From Lama glama (lineage: Eukaryota), in contig CM052824.1 in the NCBI GenBank assembly GCA_028534125.1, positions 60,078,001 through 60,142,000 of the forward strand: a DNA stretch of 64,000 nucleotides. The letters are read 5' to 3'. The position numbers and the translations under genes are program-made. The stretch's first letter is position 1. Each line of letters opens with the position of its first letter. The notes under the pieces were generated by a model, which searched no databases, had not been told where the DNA came from, and saw only the letters and a program-made list of their open reading frames with translations. Below, piece by piece: positions 24,168-34,310 of this stretch.

Positions 24168-24412
24168 AGACAATTAAATAGCTGGATGAGGGAGACAGAA
24201 TCACCCCTCCTCACAGAAAGGTCCCTCCTCTGGTCCCTTCTGCCCAGACTCTGGGAGGTTCAGATTGTGGCCATCTCTTTTCCAGACCAGACAGGGGGAC
24301 AGTGAAGGGACACACACTGTGGCCCCGTTTGCTGTGTTCAGAGACAAAGGCAGCTGCACGGCTGGAGGACAGCACAAGGGCCTGAGGCTCTGGTGATGAT
24401 GCTGCGACGAGG

Positions 24413-24425
24413 AGGTCAAGGGTCA
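24413..24425 (+). promoter_or_regulatory. Perfect nuclear-receptor DR1 element
   Basis: AGGTCA-A-GGGTCA. Confidence 0.35.
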
Positions 24426-27084
24426 ATTCCCACACAGTCCCAGCTCCGCCCCCTGGGGGGGAGGGCAGCCTCTCCCACATCCCCCACTCCCTGGGGTTAA
24501 AGGGCAAGGTTCCGCTTCAGCTGAAACATCATGCCTGTGAACTGGCTTCCTCCAAAGTCTTGTTACGCCATTTGTTTGGAGTTCAAGTCAGGAGGGGGTG
24601 CCCAGACGCCCCGGAGCACGCACGAGCTCGAGACAGGGTGCTCACGGCAGGCTGGGGAGTGAATGCCTCCCCAGCCAGTGTCCAGGTGAGACGTGGAAAT
24701 AAGCTCTGGGAGGTCCCTGGCTCCCCAGAGCCCCTCCCATAGCTGACGGATGCTTGGGGTTGCAGGCTTTGGCCGTGCAGCTGGGGGCTGGGTTCCTCAG
24801 GTCTGGGGAGGGCTGCGTGTGCTGTCCTGGCCGTCTGGATCCCCACTGACTGAGCAATAGTCCCTTATGCCCTGGCTTCCCAGACAGCGCTGGGCCAGCA
24901 GGGAAGGAGACGGGCTTGGCGACGTTGTGGGCGCTGATGTCTCAGGAAAGCAGAGCAGTGAGTGAGCGTCCATGGATCCCTGTGACCAGCTGGTCTTCAA
25001 GCCAAGGCCCCTCTGGGCACCAGTGCAGGATGAGTCCCGCTGGACAGGAGTGTCGGATGCTGGGCGGGGAGGAGCCGGCGCTGAGAGGGACAAGAGCTCC
25101 GACCTAGCTCTGCTCTGGGCCAATCCCAGGACTCCCTGCCTTGCCCACCTGGCAGGGGCGTTGACGAGATGGTGTCCAGGGACATGCCCCTCTGCGGTGA
25201 CTCCTCTCTGGATACGCTGATACGTAGGGCAGGTCGAGGGGCACAGACTATGGGACCAGTGGGAACTGGGGCCACCGAGGTCTGGCCTCAGCCCCAGAAA
25301 ACCACCCACCCCACTGGCCGCTTGGCTCACAGAGGTGAGAACCTGCCGGTGTCGCCCAGGTGATCAGACTCAGTGGTCCAGCACCAAGAGTATTCGCTCC
25401 TTGTCTTTGTGGCTCCAAACCTGGGGGAATGGAGTGGCGTTCCTTCCTTAGGAGGTCACCTCTTCTTGCTACAAAACTCAGAATCATGCACAGGTATGAC
25501 CCCCCACCACTGTCCCCCATGTATGGCCAGAGAAGAGATGGAAAGTCACGGCGAGCAGGCTCCAGTTTCACTTTTACAGACCAAACTTAAACAGAGGATT
25601 CTTAAAACCACCCAGCGCTCCACTTCCACTGGCAACAGGACCCGGGGGAGCGGGCACTTGGTGTTTCCAGGAGGAAAGGGTCTAGAAAACCCAGGTGGCC
25701 AAGGCCAGGGAGCCAGGCAGCTCCCAGACCCTCAGCCTCCCGCTTCCAGGAGCCTGCCCTGCTGCCCGTGGACGATGCCCTCCGACTCCCCTGGAAAATT
25801 CCATCTCACAAGTGACGTCTTTCACCCAGACAGAGTGACCTTCCCCCGAAGACTGGCCCTTTCAGGGTCATTCAAAGTCATGGCCCTCGGCAGCCCTGAC
25901 CACAAACAAACCTTCCTGCTCCAGTGGGAACGAGGCTGCTGCCTGATTCTACCCCTCCAAGCTGCCTCGGCCGCTTCTGGAAACCTGAGGGGGCGGCTTG
26001 GGACACTCGCAGGTGAGCTGAATGCTCTAGCTGACCCGTGGTCATCATGGCCACCGTCGTGGGTCCTGGTTGTCCCACTGCCCATCACACACCGAACTCT
26101 CCAGAACGACTTTTCAGACAAGGAACCAGAGAGAGACGCCAGCTGAGCTCCCCTCGGCAGAAGCACCGCTTCAAACTCCCGAGCGCCTGGCCTTCCCGGT
26201 GACCCCAGAGGCACGTAAGCTGTCAGGGAATTTTAAGCCTCCAAGGCATTTTCGTCAACTGGCTTAAATCTGTGCCAGCCGAGGCTCAGAGGGACAGGGA
26301 AGAGTCCACCCAGGGCGAGCTGCAGGCCGGGAAAGCCAGGGCCGGCCGGGCCTTCCTCCATCAGGTGGGTGAGCGCGGGGCGCGCCTGCGCCGCTGCCGT
26401 CGCTGATGGAGGCCCCGGGTCCGGCCCGGCCCGGCCCCAGCTCCTGAGCAGAACTGGAAGCAGAACAAAAATGCAGACGGGGCACATTGGCCCCACAGGG
26501 CACATCCCAGACAGCAGCCCCCCCCACCCTAGCAAACCAGGCCCTGCCTCCCTGAGCGCTGGGAGGCCTGGGGTGCACACGGCTGGCACGCCACAGATGT
26601 GGGGCCTCCTTCCATATGCAGTCACCCTCCTGTCCAGACACAGGTGAGGGCAAATCAGGACAAGGGGGTGTCAGGAGGCTGCAGACTCCTCGGCGTCAGC
26701 TGGCAAGACGTGGGGTGCCCATTGTGACGCTGGCTCGTCCCAGAGCCGTGCAGGCCCGCGCCTGCCCACCATCCCCGGCACCACGCCTGGAGGCTGCCCT
26801 CCACCACCCATCACGTCCCGCAAACGCAGGTCACTGAGCCCTTTGCAGAGGACTCTCTGGCCAGGTAGAGGCTTCCAGAACTCTGGGGCTGGCTCGGCCA
26901 GGATAGGCCACGGCCCACCTGAGGCTTGTAGACCCCACATCCACAGGTGCAGTTAGGAGCCAGCGCACAAGAGGCCGAGGGGGCCTCTCCTGGACTCAAA
27001 ATCCAGCACACTCCTCCCCGGGGCAAGGACCCCTGCTGTGGGAAAGCCCTGCCCCTCAGAGAGGGCGTGGGGGGGGGCCCAAGG

Positions 27085-27900
27085 ACGGGGGGAGGGGCGC
27101 CACCTGCTCTGGGGGAGGGGTGAGGGGATTCCACCTGCTCTGGGGGAGGGGGGAGGGGGCNNNNNNNNNNNNNNNNNNNNNNNNNNNNNNNNNNNNNNNN
27201 NNNNNNNNNNNNNNNNNNNNNNNNNNNNNNNNNNNNNNNNNNNNNNNNNNNNNNNNNNNNNNNNNNNNNNNNNNNNNNNNNNNNNNNNNNNNNNNNNNNN
27301 NNNNNNNNNNNNNNNNNNNNNNNNNNNNNNNNNNNNNNNNNNNNNNNNNNNNNNNNNNNNNNNNNNNNNNNNNNNNNNNNNNNNNNNNNNNNNNNNNNNN
27401 NNNNNNNNNNNNNNNNNNNNNNNNNNNNNNNNNNNNNNNNNNNNNNNNNNNNNNNNNNNNNNNNNNNNNNNNNNNNNNNNNNNNNNNNNNNNNNNNNNNN
27501 NNNNNNNNNNNNNNNNNNNNNNNNNNNNNNNNNNNNNNNNNNNNNNNNNNNNNNNNNNNNNNNNNNNNNNNNNNNNNNNNNNNNNNNNNNNNNNNNNNNN
27601 NNNNNNNNNNNNNNNNNNNNNNNNNNNNNNNNNNNNNNNNNNNNNNNNNNNNNNNNNNNNGGGTGCCACCTGCTCTGGGGGAGGGTGAGGGGTGCCACCT
27701 GCCCTGGGGGAGGGAGGAGGGGTTGCCACCTGCTCTGGGGGAGGGTGAGGGGGTGCCACCTGCTCTGGGGGAGGGAGGAGGGGTTGCCACCTGCTATGGG
27801 GTAGGGGTGAGGGGGTGCCACCTGCCCTATGGGAGGGCTGAGGGGGTGCCACCTGCTCTGGGGGAGGGTGAGGGGGGTGCCACCTGCTCTGCGTGGGGGG
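27085..27900 (+). repeat. G-rich minisatellite, about 30-bp unit GGTGCCACCTGCTCTGGGGGAGGGTGAGG(G), spanning a gap
   Basis: 2 copies before and 8 copies after the gap, all in the same orientation. Confidence 0.95.
27161..27660. other. Assembly gap of exactly 500 N (probably placeholder size)
   Basis: Round-number N run inside a minisatellite. Confidence 0.97.
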
Positions 27901-29164
27901 GACTGGCAGCTCCCAACGTGTGAGCCACTGGCGCGCACCTGGAGGGCTGGCCTCCTGCAGCCCCAGGCCCTGGGTTTACAGAGTGGCCTGGTGAGGGAAC
28001 CCCCAGAGTAAGGCCCCACGGGGACTTCATCCGGGCATCTGGCCTGCTCCCAGGGGCATGATGTCACCCCAGCAGCCATTCATTTTCCGGGGGGGCCCCC
28101 TCTGTAAAGCTGTGCTGATGCCCCAACACTGCCCCCACTACCCCGCAGGCACATGAGCTGCAGGCGCTATGCTGGGGCCTACGTGAGGACGGGCAGAGCA
28201 GGAGTGGCGGCGAGGGACAAGGGCCCAGGGCGGAGACGGCCCCTCGGAGGCTGGAACTAATGGCACGCATCTGGGTCTCTCCGATGGCGGCACAGAAGTT
28301 GAGCAGAAGGGGCTTCCAGAACAGGGTCAGGTCCGCCCAGAACCAGAACATCTCGGGGCGGCAGGGGCCTTTCAACAGAGCCTGACCCAGGCTCAGAGGA
28401 ACCTCATGAAATGAAACAAGAGACCCGACGCATGAACAGTAACACCCTGCCCAGTCCAGCCGGAGCAGGTCAGCCCCCCCACCGCTGTGGGGAACTTGAA
28501 CCCCGGCTTCTGCTCCTGGTCCAAGCCCCAGGCTTACGGGAGGAAGCCAAGGCAGTGGCCTGCCCGGACCCCCCAGAATGACAATTGACCACCAGTGACC
28601 TGGGACTCAGCCCCATGCCCAGCCCTCGCTGGGGAGCAACGCTGCAGTGCAGAAGTCAGATGCACCTGGGGCTCCCCGAGTTCTCATCCTTCACCGAGAC
28701 GCAGCAGGGCCAGGGTGACCGACTGCCCAAAGAGCAGAAGACAGGAGGACTGCAACAACCAGGGAGGGAGGGACACACAGGGAGCCTCGCCTCTCAAGCC
28801 GCGCGTGGACGGCACTGCGGTGCCAGGCGGTGTCACAAAGCCTCCTGCTTGGTGGCCCCGGGTCTCCTGTGTATTTCCCAGTCTGCCGGAGTCTGATTGC
28901 TGGAGAAGGGACAGCAGAGACAGGGGCAGGACCAGGTGGACCTGGCATGGGGGTCCCTTTCCTTCTCCGGGTCCAAAATCATCCAGCGTGACCGTGCAGT
29001 CTCACGCCCCTGCATAGACTTGAACACGCCACACACACACACGCACATACACACGTATACACCTCCACGCTCCCACACACGTGCCATCCTTGATCGCAGA
29101 CTTCACACTAGTTTTAAAGCACAGCATTTTTATAAATCGCTTCCAGTAGGATTCTTGAATGATT

Positions 29165-29478
29165 CACGTCTTCCCTCAGCATCCCCCAGGGACTGGTTCC
29201 GGGACCCCCGCAGATACCAGAATCCTCGGGCGCTCAAGTCCCTTATGACAGTGCGGCATTTGCACCTAACCTACACATGTCCTCCCAACCACCTTTAGTC
29301 GCTTCGACGTTGCTTATAACCCCGAACACAATGTAAATGCCGTATAAAGAGGTGCCCAAGGGCGGCAAATTCAAGTTTTGCCTTTGGAAACTTTCTGGGA
29401 TTTTCTTCCCCAAGTATTTTCCATCCTTGACTGGCTGAATCATTGGACGCAGAGCTTGAGGGCGCAGTGGGCCGACCG
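29165..29478 (+). mobile_element. MER2B-like TcMar-Tigger MITE, near full length
   Basis: ctggttccgggaccccc, gctcaagtcccttat, acaatgtaaatgc, gcaaattcaagttttgc, and terminal gggccgaccg. Confidence 0.9.
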
Positions 29479-29695
29479 TGTGACTTCCCCCAGTGTCCGC
29501 CTTTCCCCAAAAGCGAGGCGTTACCAGTGGGGGACCCTCTCTCAGTGGGAGGTCGGTGCTCTCTCACCGGCCAGTGGAACCCCAGTTCCTGCAGGAGGCG
29601 GAAGGAGGGTGAGGGTGGGGTGGGACCGCACGGGCAGGATGCCCTGAGAGCGCAGGAGCCAAGGCTGTGCTGCGGCAAAGGAGGAGTCCTGACGC

Positions 29696-29697
<2 letters not shown>

Positions 29698-29728
<31 letters not shown>
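29698..29728. repeat. Perfect (TG)15 microsatellite
   Basis: Uninterrupted TG run. Confidence 0.98.
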
Positions 29729-29729
<1 letters not shown>

Positions 29730-32699
29730 AGGGGTGCGGGGCCTTAATGCCTTCCCCACCAACAAGACCTTCTGTCACACGGAAGCCTGTGTCCACGCCC
29801 TGCCCCTGTGCTCAGAGGGCTCAGGATGCCCAGCCCCAGCGGGAAGGCCGTGGGAGTCCCCCGAGGTGGTGGTCACCTCCTCCCGGAACCAGGGGGCGGC
29901 CCGGGGTCCCTGTGGACAGCAGCCTGAACTCAGGGCGACAGTGCTACCACGTGCTGGGCGGTAGGAAGCCAGGCCTCGCTCAGACAAATCTGATCATTAA
30001 CTGGACCCCGGCCAGACAGACCACTCTTTCCTAATGAGGTAAGAAGCCCTACGTGGCTGGGGTGACCTCGACGTGTGGCTGAGACCCACGCCCTCAAGGG
30101 CTGAGTTCCTGGTCTGCTCAGCGGAAGGCCCTGCTCCCTGCTTGCAGATTAGGTCTAATTTTCCGGAGGGGTGGAGGTGGGAGGTAAGGAGGGATGGGAC
30201 GTGCCGGGGCGCAGGGCCGAAGCCCCCTCTGGCCTCCGCCCTGACCACGCGTACACATCCAGCAACACCTGTGTGGGGAAGGGCGGCGAGCATTGCTCTT
30301 TGCCGAGGAATTGCTTGGCTCTGCCCCCAGAGGAAGGCAGGCCTGAAAGTGGCCACATAAGGGTGACCTCGGAGGGGAGGGGGGACCCGGGGAGGAGCTC
30401 CCAGGAGGGCCAGGCTGGGCCGGACGGTATGGGGTCCCGGGGGTCAGCTCCACAGGTGTCTCTGATGCACAGGCCTCTAGGTTTCCCCCTGAACAAGGGG
30501 AAACGGGTCTCCTTTTGTGAGATGAGACCCAGAGGAGAGGACTCCTGGGGTTCCCTGGGGGGGCAGCAGGCTCCTCTCTCTGCCTTCACCTGGTGGGTGG
30601 AGGGCAGAACGGACACCTGACCCAGGTGACTCAGAACATTCTCCTTGAACTTCTGTCCCCAAGGCATCCTGGAACTCACGAAATTTGGGAAAAGAAAGTG
30701 CCCTTTGCACACACTCTCTCCTGGGGACCCGGCCGCCCATATCCTGGGGCCCCTTCCTCTGTGGGCAGTGGTGGCCTTGCCTGCTGGTCACGTGAAGCTG
30801 GGACCAGCGGCCAGTGCCCTGGGGTGTCTCCTTGACAGCGACGGGGCGCAGGCGGCAGGAAGGACCCCTGGCCCAGATGGTGCTGGGCAGAGGCCGCAGA
30901 GCCGTGGGAGGGGTCCTGGTGTGCCGGGGGGGCAGCCGCGCCCCTCCCCCCCAAACAGACTGGCTGGGTGTTTGCCGTGAGCACCCTGGGCCGGGGCTCC
31001 AGGGACACAGATCAGTCGGAGCCCCTTTCCCCTCCGAGCTGCAGACGCTGCACCTCATGCTGGTTTCAGAGGCAGGAGGCACGGCCCTCGCCCTGAACCT
31101 GGCTGTTCAAGAAGAAGAATCAAAAATAGTTTCGAACACTGTTGTCCTTTCTTCTATGGGAAGACAGGGAGAGAGAGACAGAGGAGAAGGGCGGCTCACA
31201 CAGCCCGGGAGGAGGCGGCCGTGGGCCCCGGCCGGCGGGCAGCAAGGCGCCCGGCCCCGAGCCCAGACCCACGTCCCCTCTGCCCCGAGGGCCAGCACTC
31301 ACCGGGCGCCTTGCCCGGACACCCCCGAAACGAGACCACCGGGGCCACAGGGGCCGACTCTGACCCATCCCGAAAGGCCTCAACCCAGCCACATGGCCTT
31401 GCGAGGCCCCGCTATGCCGACACACGCTGTCTTTTTACTTTTATTTAAAATGACGGGCGACCGAAAAGACAGAGTGCAGGCTTCCGTGTGCGCGTGTGCG
31501 CCCGTGTTCACCAGCCCCCAAGCGGCCTAATGAGAAACACAGCCGGAGACTGCATCTGGGGGGTGTTTAGGGTTCCCCGATGGAAAGGCTGCTACCGACG
31601 GATCAGGGTGCCGCCGGGGAAGGCCATGAGCTGGCCGGGGGCTGTTACGCGGTGGGGCCAGCCGGCCACGCTGGCACCGCACCCCAGGTTCGCCCTCGCC
31701 GGCGGAGAGGGCCTGGCTGCCGGGGCGTCTCCACTGCGCGCAGTCCTGGGCCGGGGCTCTGCCGGCAGGTGATGACACAGCCCTCCCGGCCCCCATGTTG
31801 GTCCTGCGTACATCAGAGTAAGCGTCCACTCTCAGGGGAGGGTGTGGCTCGGGGCACGGGCTCCAGAAACAGCCCCTGCTCGTGGGTGGACTGCCCTGGT
31901 GCTCCGGCCACCTTGACACCTGAAGGCCACACGAGTTTTGGCAACGGCTCTGATGAGAACATGCCCCGAGACCCAGATGCAGTTCTGAAAGCGAGACAAA
32001 GGCTGCGTCGGTGCAGGGCACGGGGAGACGTGGGCAGGAGAGCGCAGCAGCACGGCGGCCGGAGCGGGGCAGGGCTCCCCGCGCTCAGCTGGGCGGCTAG
32101 TCCTCAGCGTGCTCACAGGCGTTTTCACTCGATTTTGTAAACGTGCTCCAGGTCTAAGGCATCGCTGTTTGTTCTAGAAATCAAAAGGTCTCGCCCGGCT
32201 GTGAAAGCCGCCTGACCGCCACCCGCCTGAGCCCCGCCCCCCCCCCTTCCTGGAGGACCAGACCCCTGAGCACTCGGGGAGGGGAGGGGCGGGGGCCCGG
32301 GGGAGGGGGACTCCGAGTCGGCTTTCGGTTTCTCCTAAGCTTCGTCCTCACAGCATGCTCCCCACTCCTGCAGCCTGAAGGTTTGCTTTTGGCTCAGTGG
32401 TGTGGATGCGCGGCGTGACCCTGAATGTAAGGAAGCACCTGCCCCAGCGGGACCCAAGGGCCATGGGCTCCTGAGGGCCAGGAAGGCCAGGACCTTCCGC
32501 AGCGGCACTGCCTCCGTCGCAGGCCGGCTGGGGCCTGGCTGGGACTTTGCTCTCGGCCGACCAGTGACCACTGGTCAAGGGCCGTGGCCACCCCAGGAGC
32601 TAAGAGGGTGGGAAGGAATCCGCGTGTCAGGGAAGTTCTGCTAAGTCCTGCCGCCTCTGTCTTCCTGTTTTCCTCTGGCTCTCAGAAATCAGGACCAGC

Positions 32700-33350
32700 A
32701 GAGCACAATAGAAGGAGGCCATTTATCTCCACAAAATTTATCATCCCCTTAAAGGGCCGCAGTGGCCAGGCATATTATTTACATTGTGTCGGGATCCAGC
32801 CCCCCACACCCCCCGCACCCTCGGGGGCTGCCCCGCGGCTGGGGCGGGCGGCAGGAGGGTCTGGGCAGAGGCCAGGCCCTGCTTTGATACCCCACTGATA
32901 ACGTATTGTACAATTAGATCAATTTGACAATTTCCATTATGGCTGATAAAATATTTATCGAGCCTTGGAGATGATGTCTGGTCTCTGCCCCATTTGTTCT
33001 GCTAATGGGGGGGGCACTGACGGGGCTGCAGACAGAGCTGGGAGCTGGCTCCTCCTCACCCCCCCCATTAGGTTTGCAAATTGCCGGCACCGGTCGTAAA
33101 TTACCGCCCAGCCCCGTGAGATTGATGCCCGGCTGACAGGGTAGGTGGGTGACTTGTGATGACATTGTTTCATGGAAGCATTAATCATGGCAGAAAGAGG
33201 AAATACCCTCAAATTGGCCCATAAGTCTAAATATTAAGGAATGAGAAGCAGGCAGCTGGAGGACAGTTTGAGCAAGAGCTGGAAATTGGGAAATGAAAAA
33301 CATTTTCTATTATTTAACAAATCATCTTAATAATTCCCAGTGTTTGTGCT
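32700..33350. promoter_or_regulatory. Strongest candidate conserved non-coding element
   Basis: Multiple GATA sites including the inverted pair GATAAA-ata-TTTATC, ATTGTACAAT, CAATTA, GTCGTAAA, TGACAG, ATTAATCA and TATTTACAT. Confidence 0.68.
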
Positions 33351-33804
33351 CGGAGTTCCGGGGAGCCCAGCCTGCAGGGAGGCACCCACCGTGCGGGGCC
33401 GTATGGCCGTCCCTGACGTTTAATAAGCTTGCGGGAGGCGGCCCCGAGGCTGCCTTTGTCACCGGACTTCCATGTCGGGGGAGAGGGGTGAAAATTGGGA
33501 GTTGAAGCGTGAGGGGCCGCGGGCTGGGGCTTCCGCAGCTGTGAGGCGTTCTCTGCGGCGACCGGTGTCAAATGCAGCCTCGCTCAGGCCAAGCACCCGG
33601 CACGGCCGCAGGAGAGCTCTGGAAACTGAGGCGGGGTCCGGATGGGCCTCGGGGGCTCTGGGATGCAGCGAGGACGGCTCTGCCGTGGTCCCCACCCTCA
33701 ACCCAGCGCACGGGACGGCAAGCCGGCCCGGGGTGCTGCTTGGAGCCACGACTGTCCGCGTGTGCTCGTGCGTCCCGCCCTGAGCTGGCTGTGCGGTGAA
33801 GCAT

Positions 33805-34310
33805 CACCGCAAGATAAATGGCCCTTAATGAATTGCCCCTGAGTTAGTGCCGACGTGGCTTTAATGGCAAATGAAAAATAAACACCGATAAGTGACTGCA
33901 AACGGTGGTCCGGCTGGTCCTCAGCAGAGACGGGTGGGGGCTGGGGAGGTCGGGGTCCCAGCCCTCCAAGGCTGCCGGGCTCATCCCGAACTGGGGGCCC
34001 CGTGGGAGCCCCCGGTAGCCACATTTCTACTCGGAAGGCCGCAGTGCAGAGTAATTAAATTAAATTGATGCTGTCCCTGCTTTGAGGCCACCCTTGATTT
34101 AAGGCCAGAAAAGGAAGCAATTAAATTTAATAAAAACCAGGTTCCTAAACAAAGATACAAGGTCGGAGCGCCATCCGGAGACTCACCCGCCGGAGGGGGA
34201 CACGCTGGGCACTGCTGATGTCGGCTTTAAAATAAAAGAAAAAATCGCCTGCCAGAGCCTCCTTCCTAACAGGCCGCTCTAAAGGGTCTCGCTAACGACG
34301 TTGTCAAAAA
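33805..34310. promoter_or_regulatory. Strong candidate conserved non-coding element
   Basis: AGATAA, TTAATGAATT, TTTAATGG, ATAAACA, P3 site TAATTAAATTA (34052-34062), TGATTTAA and CAATTAAATTTAATAAA. Confidence 0.62.

Noticed and set aside
26811-28079. 422-aa ORF and other X-containing ORFs
   Set aside because: Artefacts of N-runs plus minisatellite.
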